The notes below the pieces were generated by a model. The model saw only the letters and a program-made list of their open reading frames with translations, was not told the DNA's origin and did no database searches. Positions 21,315 through 35,100 of a stretch of DNA of 38,885 nucleotides are shown piece by piece. The DNA lies in the NCBI GenBank assembly GCA_038226115.1, contig JBBRQR010000001.1, positions 1-38,885 on the forward strand. Direction: 5' to 3'. A program made the translations under genes and the position numbers. The stretch's first letter is position 1; every line of letters begins with the position of its first letter. This DNA comes from Sphingomonadales bacterium (GTDB taxonomy: Bacteria; Pseudomonadota; Alphaproteobacteria; Sphingomonadales; Sphingomonadaceae).

Positions 21315-23090
21315 GTGAGGCGGATCTTCAGCCTTGTTGTCGCATTATTCGTGGCGGGAACGAGTCAGGCGCAGACTACCCGTCCGCTCGGTGCGACGCC
21401 CATCGCACCGACTCGCGAGGAAATCGAGCGCAGTCGACCGATCACACCCGACGCGCCGGGACCACGGCTGGTGGTCGAGGACAAGACCGAACGCGCGCCG
21501 TGTGCGCTCGCCGAACCGCGCTTCGCTGCTGTCGAAGTGACGCTGACGGCGGTTACGCTCGCGGGACTGAAAATCGTAACCCCCGATGAACTGCGGTCAG
21601 CGTATGACGGACAGCTCGGTAAGCCGCTCCCCATTTCGGTCGTTTGCGAAATCCGTGACCGCGCCGCGACGATCCTGCGGAGCAAGGGGTATCTCGCGGC
21701 CGTCCAGATACCGCCGCAAAAGATCGAGGGTGGGCGGCTCGAGCTTCAGGTGCTGCTGGCCCGGCTTACGGCGATTCATGTTCGGGGCAACGCCGGGCGC
21801 GCCGAACGATTGATCGCCGGGTACCTCGCGCCCCTGACCCGCGAACCTTTGTTCAACGAACACCACGCCGAACGTGCGCTGCTGCTGGTGCGTGACCTGC
21901 CGGGTTACGATGTGCGGCTCCAGCTTCAACCGAGCAACACGCCCGGTGAGGTCGTCGGCGAGGTCACCGTCGTTCACCACACAATCGACGCCGATTTCAA
22001 CGTCCAGAATTACAGCAGCCGCGAACTCGGGCGCTTCGGCGGATTGCTCCGCGTGCAGCTTTATGGCCTGACGGGTCTGGGTGACCGAACCGCGCTGAGC
22101 TTTTTCTCCAGCGCCGAAGTCCGCCAGCAAAAGGTCGTTCAGGCGAGCCACGAATTCCTGCTCGGGTCGAGCGGCATCGGTGTTGCGGGTCACTTTACCT
22201 ACAGCTGGACCAAGCCCACCCTGAATCAGCTCGATATCGACGCGCGGGCTCTGGTCGGATCGGGCGAAATCGATTTCCCGTTCGTTCGTCGGCAGGCGAT
22301 CAATATTCGCGGCGCAGCGGGGTTCGAGGTTATCGATCAGACGGTCGATCTCAACGGCCTGCGACTGACCACCGATCGCCTGCGCGTCCCGTTCGTGCGA
22401 ATCGAGGGCGACGCCATCGACCCGGCCAGTCGCGCCGGTGTCGGCGGTTTTAGCGCGTTCGAGCCGCACTGGTCGCTCGCCGGAACCTTCGAACTGCGCC
22501 ACGGCGTCCACATTCTCGGCGCGAGCCAAGGGTGCGGCGTCAACCTCATCCTCTGCCGCCTCTCGACCAATCCTGTAACGCCCAGCCGCCCTTACGGCGA
22601 CCCCGCCGCGCTCGTCGTGCGCTTTGGCGGCGAGGCGCAATTTCGGCCCCGCCCCAAGCTGGCGTTCGTCTTCTCGCCGCGGGCGCAATACTCGCCCGAC
22701 ACGGTGCTCAGCTTCGAGGAGTATTCGGGCGGCAATTATACTATCGGGCGCGGTTATGATCCGGGGTCGTTGCTAGGCGACTCGGGTATCGGCGGCGCGC
22801 TCGAGGTCCGCGTCGGTCGCGCCGCGCCGACGGGCCCGCGTGCGATCGCGGTCCAGCCGTTCGCGTTCGTCGATTCGGCGTGGTTGTGGAGCAATTCTCC
22901 CGGTGACCCGCGATCGGCGGCAAATCTCACGTCGCTCGGCTTTGGCCTCCGCACCGCGCTCGGCAGCTGGGGTCGTCTTGACGGCAGTTTCGCATTTCCC
23001 ACGGCGCGCGTCGGCATCGAGACGCATGTGCCGCCGATACGGTTCCTCGTCTCGTTCACGACCCGTCTGCCCCCTTGGTCTCGTCGGTAG
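21315..23090 (+). CDS. ShlB/FhaC/HecB family two-partner secretion transporter (TpsB)
   Basis: Signal peptide, POTRA motifs (LRSKGYLAAVQIPPQKIEGGRLELQV; ERALLLVRDLPG), QNYSSRELGRFGG and the loop-6 motif GGNYTIGRGYDPGSLLGDSG. Confidence 0.9.
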   Translation: MRRIFSLVVALFVAGTSQAQTTRPLGATPIAPTREEIERSRPITPDAPGPRLVVEDKTERAPCALAEPRFAAVEVTLTAVTLAGLKIVTPDELRSAYDGQLGKPLPISVVCEIRDRAATILRSKGYLAAVQIPPQKIEGGRLELQVLLARLTAIHVRGNAGRAERLIAGYLAPLTREPLFNEHHAERALLLVRDLPGYDVRLQLQPSNTPGEVVGEVTVVHHTIDADFNVQNYSSRELGRFGGLLRVQLYGLTGLGDRTALSFFSSAEVRQQKVVQASHEFLLGSSGIGVAGHFTYSWTKPTLNQLDIDARALVGSGEIDFPFVRRQAINIRGAAGFEVIDQTVDLNGLRLTTDRLRVPFVRIEGDAIDPASRAGVGGFSAFEPHWSLAGTFELRHGVHILGASQGCGVNLILCRLSTNPVTPSRPYGDPAALVVRFGGEAQFRPRPKLAFVFSPRAQYSPDTVLSFEEYSGGNYTIGRGYDPGSLLGDSGIGGALEVRVGRAAPTGPRAIAVQPFAFVDSAWLWSNSPGDPRSAANLTSLGFGLRTALGSWGRLDGSFAFPTARVGIETHVPPIRFLVSFTTRLPPWSRR

Positions 23091-23102
23091 GAGTTTCGAC
23101 CG

Positions 23103-26100
23103 ATGTCTGCTGCCCCCTCACTTCGCCTGAGACTATGCTCGAGCACGGCGGTCACGCTGGCGCTGATTGGCGCGGCCACGCCAGCGGCGGCAAGCCTTCC
23201 CGGCAATCCGGCGACGGCATTTGCCGGCACCCCCGCCGTCACCAGCGGAACCGCTGCGATCGACCGTTCGATGCCGAACCTCGATCGGGTTACGGTCGGC
23301 AACGAGGCGAGTCGCACCGCCATCATCACTTGGACGCCGAGCGATACGACCGGGACAGGGGCGGTCGATTTTCTCCCATTCGGTCAGAGCGCTCTTTTCA
23401 CCAATGCGCCCGGCCTTACCGACTTCACCGTCGTCAACCGGGTTTTGCCGGTCGATATTCAGGGCGCCGCGACTAACCGTCCGGTCGCGTACAATGGCAC
23501 GATCACGAGCCAGATTACCAATGACGGCGTGACCACGCCCGGGGGCACCGTCGTGTTCTACACGCCAGGCGGGATCATCGTCGGGCCGAATGCGGTCTTC
23601 AATGTCGGCAATCTGTTGTTGACGACCGGCGAGCCGGTCCTGACCGAGACGGGCTTTACCCTCAACAGCGCGACGAACAGCACGAGCACGGTACAGATCG
23701 CCAAAGGCGCGCAGGTCAACGCGCAAAGCAATTACGTCGCCCTCGTTGCCCCGCGAATCCAGCAGGACGGAGCCGTCAAGGTGGCGGGCGGGGCGGCATA
23801 TATCGCCGCCGAGCAGGTCGATCTGACGATTCTTGGTGCGGGACTGGGACTCTTCGACATCAAGATCGCGGTTGGGTCCGCCAAAGCCACCGGCGAAGCC
23901 GCGCCGTTCACCGCGCTCAGCCACACCGGCACGACCACCGGCACGACGCCGGCAGGTGGAACGAACCCGACCATCGTCATCGCCGCGATCCCCAAGAACG
24001 ATGCCATCACAATGCTCGTTGGCGGCACCGTCGGGTTTACGCCTGCCACTGGCGCAACCGTGTCGGCGGGGACAGTCGAACTGTTCGCCGGGGTGCCGAG
24101 CGCCGAGAACGCGGCGAATATCATCTCGCCGGTGACGATCAGCGCGGGGGCCGACCTCGATCCGTCGGTGGCGGCGAACCTCAGCATCTCTGCCTCGACA
24201 ACCACCAATCTGTACGCAGAGGCGACGACGCTGGTCCGGCTCGCACCGAGTTTTTCGGCGCAAACCGGCTTGACGCAGACCCTGACCGGCTCCGTCGGGT
24301 TGCTCGGGCGCAGCCAGACGAGCGTCGACACGGCGGGATTGAACACGATCGCGATCGGCGGCGACCTGACCCTTGGATCGGGTGGTAGCAGCGACGCGCG
24401 TCTGGCCGGGATCAACGTGGCAGGCGGTGCGATCACCATTGGGGGCAACCTGGGTGTTAACCTGTTCTCATACGGGTTCAAGGCGCCGCAGTTCGGCCTG
24501 ATGGTCGGGGTTAACGTCAGCGACGGCGGCAAACTGGCAGTCACCGGCGAGTCGACCTTGCTCGCGCTGGCGGCCGCAAATGCTGCCCAGGGGCAAGGCG
24601 GGGCGATCAATCTTCAGGTCGCTTCGGGCGCCCAGTTTTCGACCGGCGGCGGCCTCACGCTCGACGCATCGGCGGTCGGCAATGGCGGCACCGGCGGCAC
24701 CGGCGGTTCAGCCACGATCGGCGTGAACGGCGGCGGGACAATCGTTGCCGGCGACGTCGTAATCAACGCCGACGGCGTCTCGAACTCTGGCGGTGCAACC
24801 CAAATCGGACAGGGTGGCAACGCAGCCTTCGTCGTCGGCGCCGGCAGCTCCGCCACCCTGACGTCGCTGTCGCTGTCAGCGGTCGGACGCGGCCCCGGCC
24901 AGGGCAAAGGCGGAACAGCCGCGCTGACCATCACTGTGGGCGCGGTCGGGCTGACGGCGGCAAATTCAATTCGCATCGACGCGAGCGGACAGGGTCAATC
25001 GAGCAACGGCGCGGTCGGCGGCGTCGGTACGGGCGGTAATGCGACCGCGACGATCGGCGGCGGGATTCTAAACGTTACTAGTGAGAACCGCCTGACGCTG
25101 ACCGCATCAGGCATGGGCGGCGCTGGTTCGACCAAACAAATCAATGACGGGACGCCGGGGTTCAGCGGCGGCACCGGCACCGGGGGGACCGCGAGCTTCG
25201 CGTTGACCGGCGGCACGGCCATGCTGCCCGGAATCTCGGTCACTGCCGGCGGCACCGGCGGAGACGGTGGCAACGGATCCAACAATAATTCCGGCGTCGG
25301 CGGTGCGGGTGGGGTTGGGGCCCTCGGGCGTGGCGGCACGGCTGCGGTTGCGGTCGGCGGGAGCAATTCCGTCCTGAACGTCGCGGGATCAGGCGTCTTC
25401 GTCGATACGGCCGGCTTTGGCGGTCGCGGCGGCAGTGGCGGTCACCTCGCCGGTTCACCCCCCGATGCCCAGGGTGCTGCGGGCGGCATGGGTGGTTCGG
25501 GGAGCGGCGGCTCCTCCAGCGTCCTCGTCAATCTCGGCGCGAAGATCGTCGGACCGCAGTTCGGCGTACCGATCACCGTAACTGCCGATGGCGAGGCCGC
25601 GGCGGGCACGGCGGGGGGGTATGGCTATATCTCCAGCGGCGCCGCTGGGGCGGGTGGGCTGTTCGCCACGGGTGGCAATGCGGCGCTAACCATCGATGGC
25701 GGCACAGTCGACAATCGCGCGGGAGGCCTGCGTGTCGGTGCCGATGCTGCGACGTCGGGCGGGCTGGCCACCGGCGGCGGGGCGGCGTTGACGCTCGTTA
25801 ACGGGGGCGTCCTGCGTTCGGCGGATGTCAATCTCACGGCGCGCGCCACAGGCAGAGTGCTGACGTCGGTCACCGGCGGGTCCGCCACGATCACGCTCAG
25901 CGCCAGTGATCTGACGGCCGATAATGTTGCACTTAACGTGGGGGGCTTTGTCTTTGGGTCGCCGACCACATCGCCTGCCATCGTTACCGGCGGCACGGCG
26001 GCATTGGATGTCGGTGGCACGGGGTCGGTCAATTTTAATGCGCTGACATTCGCCGCCAATGCCGATACCGGCGAAGTAACCGTTGGCCCGGGTCAAACCG

Positions 26101-29100
26101 CCCCGTCGGCAGTCGGCGGCACGGCGCGGCTGACGATCGCGCCCGGTAATGCGGCGGTGACGGCGACATCGCTCAACCTGTTCGCGAACGCCATTGGCGG
26201 CAGCGCCGCATCGGGAATGGGCGGCACGGGCATTGCCGGTGCCGCTACGGGCGGATCCGCCACCATCACAGTCGGTGGCGGCACCCTGACAAACAGCGGG
26301 TTTGGCCTCACGACCCTGTACGCGATCGCAACCGGCGGAAACGGGTACCAACCTAATAATACAGGTGAAAACGGCGAAGCGGGCGCGCCGGGCGGCGCGG
26401 CCACGGGCGGCACCGCCGCGCTGAATATCAATGGCGCTGGGCAGGTGACATCGGCCGGTCTGAACCTCGACGCCGACGCACTGGGCGGTTCAGGCGGAGT
26501 GGGCAACTTCAGCCTTGCCGGAACCGCCGGAGTTGGCGGAGCAGGCGGCAACGCCGTGGCGGGAACGGCACGGGTATCCGTCACGAACGGGGCCAAACTG
26601 GCGCTCGTGGGGCTGTCTTCACCCTATTACGCCCCGCCCTTCGTGTCGGCAGTTGCCGTCGGGGGAACGGGTGGCGCCGGTGGCAGCATCGGCGTTCCAG
26701 GGCAATCGCCGCCATTCGTCCAGGGTGTCGGCGGCGCGGGCGGCGTCGGGGGGACGGCAACGGGCGGTACGGCGTCGGTTGTCGTCGACACCACCGGTGC
26801 GATTTCAACCATGTCGGATCTTCTGCTGCTGGCGAACAGCACCAGTGGTGCCGGAGGCATCGGCGGTCGCGGCAATCAGGACAACGCGATTACGGATCCC
26901 AGCCCGGGTGCCGACGCCGCTGGCGGGGCATTCGCGCAAGGCGGCACTGCGACGTTTGCGGTCGACAACGGGGCCAGTCTTACCGGTGGCCGGTCGATCA
27001 GGGTCGAAAGTCGCAGCATCGGGTTCGGCGCAACCACCACGGGCGGCACCGCCATGGTCGATATTCTCGGCGGCAGCGCCGGGGTCGGCGACGTCACGCT
27101 TGTCGCCGATTCGACCGCGCAAAGCGGTGGCGCAGCGACGGGTGGATCGGCCATCCTGACATTGAACGGCGGCGCGGCGATGCTTCCGGCCGTGCTGACC
27201 GCCAATGACGTCTCGCTAAGCGCGACGGCCCGCGGCGTTTTTTCGTCGGCGGTGTACACCCCCACAAGCGCGACCGGCGGTCTGGCGGCGTTCGATCTGG
27301 GCAGCTCAGGGCAAGCCGTCATTAATGGCTTGCGTCTGACGGCGGGTGGCGACTCCAGGTTCGGTCAGGCCGGGGCGACCGGGCAGGGCGGCACCGCCCG
27401 ACTGACCATGGCGGGCGGCACCGGCAGCCTCGGCGTGAGCGCGGCAATCGACCTGAGCGCGACCGGCGCGGGGGGCAGCGGTGGCACCACCGGCGTCGGC
27501 GGAGCGGGTCGCGGCGGCATCGCGACAGCGACCATTGCGGGCGGGACGCTGACCCTTGCCAGTGTTTTTAGCGGTCTCAATGCGACGCTATCGGCTGACG
27601 CCACGGGCGGATCGGCCGCGTTGGCGACGTCGCTGGTCGACGGTGGCACCGCGCTTGGCGGCACGGCGCGCTTCGACGTGAGCGGAGCGGCGACCGTGTC
27701 GCTGCCGATATTGATGTTATCGGCGACCGCGAATGGCGGCGAAGGCGCGCTTGGCGTCGTTCTGCCGGCCAATCTTGCCGGGACCGGCAGCGCCGGTGGT
27801 GCGGCAACCGCTGGTACGGCGGCGTTCAATGCTGGCGGGACCGCCGTGGTAAACGTCGACGGCGCGCTGATTCTGACCGCGACCGCGCAGGGCGGCCTTG
27901 GTGGTCGGGGTGCCAATGGTGTGAACGGCGCCGCGGGTACGCCAGGCAAGCCTGCGATTGCTGTCGGCAGCGTGCCGGTTGCGGGTGGTGCCGGCGGTCC
28001 CGGCGGCGCGGGTGGCGATGGCAGTACGGGCGGCGGCGGCGGGCTGGCGATCGGCGGCCAAGCCTTACTGATGGCGAACAGCGCTGCCGGTATCGGCGAT
28101 CGGCTGACGCTCGGCAGCCTGATCGTCACGGCAGTTGCGACGGCGGGCAACGGCGGTGACGGCGGGATGGGCGGCACGGGCGGCGCGGGCGGGCTTGGCG
28201 GCAGCGGGGCCAACGGCGGAGCGGCCGGGGCTACCGGCGCCGCCGGGACCGCTGGTGGCGGCGGTTTCGGCGGGCAGGGCGGCAATGGCACCGGCGGGTC
28301 GACGACGGTTGCGCTGGCCAACGGTATTTTCACGAGCGGCGGGACATCGCTCGACGCGACCGTCGTAATCAGCAGGGGCGGTGCCCGTGGCGCGGATGGC
28401 AATGATGTCGCCGACGGCACCTTCGCCGCGCCCGGCGCCTTCGCTGGTGGGCCGGGTGCCAGCCTGACGATGTCGGGCGTCCAGGCGGCGGCACTCGGGT
28501 CGCAAGTCACAATCGCCACCTACGGGCCGATCTTGATTTCCGCCGGGGCGAGCGATGGCGGCTTTACCGCCGGGTCGATCGTGGCGAACTCGGCAACCAG
28601 CATTGTCTCGAACGCACCATTGGGCCTCGGCCCGGTCGGCATTGATTCGGTCAGCTTCACCGGCAACGACATCTTGGGTTTTGCCGTACCGGTGTCGATC
28701 GGCGGCGCTATCGTGGCGAATACCGTCACGATCCAGACCAGTGGTGCCATCGCGATCGACGCCCCGGTGACCGCTACTTCGCTCTTCGCGCAGACCGGCT
28801 CCTCGATCGAGTCGAGCGGCCCGCTGACGGTCGATACGTTGAACCTGACATCGTTCGGCGCAGGCGCGCCGATCACCCTTACCGGCAACACGGTGGCCAG
28901 GTTGGCGACGATCAACGCGCTCGGTGCGATCCGCATAGACGGCGCGTTGACCGGCACTGCGGGCAGCAATTTCCAGATTAATTCGTCGACGAGCATCGCA
29001 GCGAGCAACCTCCTGTCGGCCGACTTCCTGTCGCTGACCGGCAATGGCGCGGGCGTAACCATCGCCCTGACCGGCGCAACAGCGGCAGCGACGACGGCGA

Positions 29101-32100
29101 CCATTACGACGCCGGGCGCAGTGACGCTCGCGGGCCCGTTGACGGCAGGCAGCCTGTTCGCCAGCTCCGACGTCAGCATTACGGCGACCGGCGCATTGGT
29201 TGTAACGAACGACGCGACGTTGACGGGCACTGTGGGGACGGGTGCGACCGTGACGATTGCGTCGCCGGGTTCTCTGCAGGCGGGGGGTAATGTCGCCATT
29301 ACGGCGCCGGGGCTGGTGTTGCTTGGTGGCAATGTCACCGGGGCGGCGCTGACGTTGCGTTCGGGCACGGGCGTTACGGCGAGTGCCCGGCTCGTCGGGA
29401 CGACGCTGACGATCGACCAGACCGGACCCGGCGCGACGATCGCGCTGACCGGGTCGTCGCTGATTGCCGGGGCGACGGCCTTGACGACTCCGGGCGCGAT
29501 TACGCTGGCCGGGGCGCACCAGTTTGGCAGCCTCGCTGCGACGTCGGATACCGGGATCACGGTTGCGGGCGCGGTTACGGCGACGAGCGGCGCGACGACC
29601 CTGACGGGCCGGGCGGGAACGTCGGCGGGAGTGACCGTGACGTCGGGCGGATCGCTGACCGGACAGGCGATTACCGTCGCTGCACCGGGGGCTATCAAGG
29701 TCGATGGCGGCATCGCCGGAACCGCCGTCGCGCTGGCGTCGGGCACCGCGGTGACCGCGAGCGGAACGCTGGGCGCAACGACGCTGGCGGTGACCGGCGC
29801 CGCGCCGGGGGCGACGATCGCGCTGACGGCGCTTGCCACCGTGACCGGTGCGACGACGATCACCGCGCCGGGTTCGGTCATGCTGTCGGGCCAGCTTCTC
29901 GGCGGCGGATCGTTGACCGCCGCCTCGGCGACCAGCCTCAACGTGTTTTACGACCGGCTCGATGCGAGCGCGCTGACGCTGTCGACGACGGGGAGCGCGC
30001 CGCTGCGGCTTGCCGGCACCTCGACAGTGGCCGGGGCGACGATGCTGACGGCGGGTTCGCAGCTGACCATCGACGGGGTTCATCGCGCGGGGACGTTCAC
30101 CGCCCTGTCGCCCAACTCGATCACGGTTACCGGCACCGTTGCCGCGACCGACATCGCCGTGACCGGAACGCCGGGCACGGCGGCGACCGTCACCGTGTCT
30201 GCAACGGGATCGCTCGCCGGGTCGAACAGCGCCACGATCGCCGCCCCTGGCGTGGTGACGCTGGCGGGCGCGGTGTCCGCGCCGTCGGTATCGGTGGCGT
30301 CGGCGACGGCGATCGTCGCAAGCGGGACGCTCGGCGCGACAACGCTGGCACTGACCGGAACGGCACCGGGCGCGACCGTCAGCCTTGGCGGCGCGACGAC
30401 GGCGACGAAGACGGCGACGCTGACGGCTCCCGGCGCGGTGAGCCTGACTGGCTCGTTCACCGGCGGCGGCGCGCTGACGGTGTCGTCGGCCACGAGCATT
30501 GCGGTCGCCGACACGAGGCTCGACGCGAGCGCACTGACGCTGACCGGCACCGCCCCCAATGCGACGATCGCATTGGCCGGCAACTCGACGGTCGGCGGGG
30601 CGACGACGCTATCGGCCCCCGGCGCGATCACCGTCGCCGGAACGCACGCAGCCGGCACGTTCACCGCCGCATCCGACCGCGACATCGCCGTCACCGGCAC
30701 CGTTGCCGCGACCGACATCGCCGTGACCGGGAATGTTTCGTCGGGCGGGAGTGTCACCATCGCGCCGACCGGCGTCGTTACCGCAGGCAACAACGCGACG
30801 ATTACCGCACCCGGTATCGTCGTGCTCGACGGCGCGGTGACGGCGCGAACGCTGACCATCGCCTCCGGCTCCGGCGTTACCGGCGCGGGCACGCTGACGG
30901 CGGCGACGCTCGGAATCACGGGCACGAATGGTGCGGCGATCCTGCTGTCGGGCCGTCAGGTCGTCACCGACGCCGCGACGATCCAGTCACCTGGACAGGT
31001 TGCCTTGACCGGATCGTTCACGGGCGGCGGGGCGCTCGACATATCGTCGGCCGGCAGCATCACAGTCAACGAGCCGACGCTCACCGTGCGCGCGCTGACG
31101 CTGACGACGACCGGCGCGACCTCGTCGGTCAACCTCGGCGGGTCATCGACGGTCAGCGGCGCAACGCGGCTGACGTCACCGCAGATCGTAACGATCAGCG
31201 GCAACCATTCGGCGGCTAACTTCACGGCGGCTGCGGGCGTATCGACGATCGTGCGCGGTGCGATCGCCGCGGGCGATGTCGTGCTGACCGGCGGGATAGG
31301 GGCGTCGGCCGTCACCATGGTTCCCGGCGCGTCGGTGACCGCATCGAACAGTGTGACGATCGCCGGAACGGGCGACCTCGACCTTGGCGGGCCGATCACG
31401 GCACCGACCATCTCGCTGACGTCGGCGTCGGTTGTCGGGACGCGCTCGACGGGCTTGCTGACGGCAGGGACGCTGACCGCGACCGGCACCGGGCCGAATG
31501 CGCGGATCACCTTATTCGGCGGGATGAACGTTAGCGGCACGGCAACGCTGACGACGCCGGGGATCGTCACGCTCGGAATTCCGGGTAATCCGAACGCGCC
31601 ACCGGTCAACGCACGGACGCTGACGATCGCCGGTGCGTCGGCGGTTGCGCTTGTCGCGCCGATCACCGCGACCGATGTCATCATCACCGGTGTCGACGGC
31701 GTCACCGGCGTCACCGTCGATGCGCCGATCCATGTCGCCAACTCATTCGGTGTCCGTCACGCGGCGACCTTCACCAATAATGCGCTGATCGACCCGACCG
31801 ATATCACAATCGACGTCAGTGGCCTGATCACGGTCAACAGCGTTCTCCAGGCCGACCGCATCACGCTCGATTCAGGCGACATCGCGATCGTGTCGGGCGG
31901 GGTTTTTGCGACCGGCCTCGCCGAGTTCCTGACGTCGGCAGCGAAGACGAGCGCGGCAACGGTCGGCGGGACCGGGGCTTCCGGGGGCTACACCCTCGAC
32001 GCGGGCGAACTGTCGCGTGTGTTCGCCAACCGTATCGTCGTGTCGACGGGGCCTCTCGCGAGCAACCATTCATCGAGCGGCGGCGGCACCAATCGCCCGC

Positions 32101-35100
32101 TCGATCTTGGCGTGCAGACGCTGTCGCTTGTCGGCACCAACGGCGCCAACGCCAACCTTACCAGCGGCAGCACCCCCGCGGCGCTGGCCCTCGCTACCTC
32201 GGGCGCGCTCAACGTCGGTGGGCGCGTGAGCGTCACATCGGCGGGATCGACCGACGCCGTCGTTCTGGCAGCGGCAGGTCCGATCAACGTCGTCACGCCG
32301 AGCGGCGGCGTCGTCATCGCCGATGCCAATGGCGCGACGACCGGCGAACTTTACGCCTATGGCTCGCAACTGGTCGCGGCATCGCGCGCAACCGCGACCG
32401 CGCTCGCCGCGACACCGGCCTTCGCCGACAAGGCGGCGCTGCTCCGGGTCAACGACGGGCCGCTCGCCTCCGCCGGTTATCTGATGGCGGGGCGGATCGA
32501 GGTTCGCGCGACGACCGGCTTTTATTCGCAGAACAGCGGGACCGCCGATACTTTCGCCGGGCTGACCACTGGCGACGGCGGGCTCGGGTTTCGCGCCGGC
32601 GCTATTGCCGACGGGGCCGTCATCGCTGCGGGCGGGTTCGCCTCGCTCGCGACGGTCGACGGGCTCGACGCCTATCTCGGGCAGCCGGGGCAATCGGGGC
32701 GAGCGGACGTTATCGCCTACGGACGGCAAGTCACGTCGAAGGGATCGGTCGTCATCAACGCCGCCTTCGCGAAGATATTCCGGACAACCGCGGCCGATGT
32801 CACGCCGCTGTCGACGGTCAACGACTGTCTTGTCATCGGCACGTTGTGCGGAGCCAATGGCGGCGCTTTTCAGGGCGCGCCCGTCGTCGATCAGGGTTCG
32901 GCGACGTTCGCGCGGTCGGGGTCGGCCAATGGCGACGGCGTCGACCTCATCACCGTCGGCGCGAGCGGCGGGACGGTCATCACGTGGACACCGTTCGACA
33001 CCGCCGGGACCGGCCCGGTCGACTTCCTGCCGAGGGGCAATACCGCGACTTTTGCGGGCGCGGCGGGGCTGGGCAACTATACCGTCGTCAACCGCGTCCT
33101 GCCGACCGACGCGACGCGACCGGTCGCCTTCAACGGCACGATCCTGTCGCGCCTGACCGACACGAATGGCCTCGCGACGCCGGGGGGAACGGTCGTCTTC
33201 TTCGCGCCGGGCGGTCTCGTCGTCGGCCCGACCGGGGTCTTCAACGTCGGTTCGCTCGTGCTGACCACGGCCGATCCCCAGTTGCTGGGCGGCGGCTTCC
33301 GTTTCAACAGCGCCGCCGGATCGACGGCGGGTGTCACGATCCAGTCGGGCGCGTCGATCACCGCCTCGACGGTCGGTGGCTTTGTCGATCTCGTCGCCCC
33401 GCGCGTGCGGCAGGACGGGTCGGTCACGGTGAACGGCGACGCGATCTATGTCGCCGCCGAACAGGCCGACGTTACCGCCAACGCCGATGGATCGACCGCG
33501 ATCGTCCTGTCGCGCGGTGCACAAGTCGGCAGCGATCCGCTGCTCCTCGAACATTCGGGTGTTACACGAGGGTCGCTCACCGCGCCGTCGGGGGCGAACA
33601 TCGTCGTCGCTGCGGTCGGTCAGAACGCTCCGGCGCGGGTGCAGGTCGGCGGAACACTCGGCTACGCTTCAGGCGCGGGTACGGTCACCATCGCGGCGGG
33701 CAATCCGATTGGCGTGGCTGGGCTGACTGCTGGTCCGGGCGTGGCGTCGCAGGCAACTGATCTGCTGCTCGCCAGCGGGTCGGCGACATCGGCGCTCGTT
33801 GCTCAGGCGAGCCGCAACCTGACCGTAACGGCCCCGATCCCGGCATCGGCACGCTTCGGCGGTCCGGTGTCACTCGCATTCGGCGGCGATCTCGCGATTA
33901 CCGGCGCGCTGACCGCGACCGCGTTGACCGCGACCGGCACCGGGCCGGCGTCGACGATTTCGGTGACCGCTCCCGTGACGGCGCCGGTGACCAGCCTGAC
34001 GGCAACGGGCGCGATCACGCTCGCGGCACCGATCACGGCGGTGACGAGCCTTACCGTGTCGACGCCGCGCCTGCTGACGATCACCAGCGCGGTCGACCCC
34101 GCGACGATCACCTTTACCGTCGGCGACATTGCGATCAGCGGTGCCGGCCATGTCGGCGATGCCAATACCGAGCTGCTGACGATCCAGACCGATGGCGCGC
34201 TGGCGACCAGCGCGACCGTCGGCGGGTTGGCCGGTGCCGGGGGCTTCGACCTCGACGCAAGTGAATATGCGCGGCTCCAGGCGAACCGGATCCTGATTTC
34301 GACCGGGCTTGGGACGACGACGCGCCCGCTCGACCTCCATATCGGTCCGCTGACGGTCGCCGGGTCGACGACGGCGAACGGCAACCTCAACCCCGACGGC
34401 GTGCAGGCACCGACGGCGACCTTTGCGTCGTCGGGCAACCTGTTTGTCGATGGCCCCCTCGCCCTCGCTGCGGCCGGACCGACCGACACGATCGGTCTCC
34501 TCGCGACGGGTCGGATCGCGGTGACATTGGCGGCGGGCAGCATCGCTGTCACGACCCCGACGGGGGCGCTTGGCGGGCGCATCTACCTTGTCGGCGACGA
34601 CATCGTCGCCGGATCGCTCGCGACGCAGTCGACGGTCGCAGCCGCGCTCAGCTTTGCCGCCCGGCGCGCGGCGTTGGGCTTCAACGACGGCGTGGTCAAC
34701 TATGAAGGCTATATCCGGGCAAAGACCGTCGACGTCCGCGTCGGGACAAGCTTCCGCGCCCAAAATAGCGGAAGCAACGGCATTTATGCCGGTATCGCGG
34801 TTGGCTCGGGCGGGCTGGGTGTCCGCCAAGGCGTCTTGTCGGGTGGGAACGGCATCGACCTGACCAACACCACCGCCATCGATGCGGCGCTGCGCGCGAC
34901 CAAACCAGCCGAGGTCATCGTGTTCGGGCTGCAGCAGGCGACGAACGGTCCGATCGTCAACGCCGCGTTCCTGCCGACGGTGCGGGTCGTCCCCACCGAC
35001 GTCACGCTGCAGTCGGAGATTACCGGCTGCCTCGTTCGCGGTGGCGGCTGCCGCGATCCGCGTGGCGACGGCACCGCGCTCGACCGCGCCCAGCAACTGG

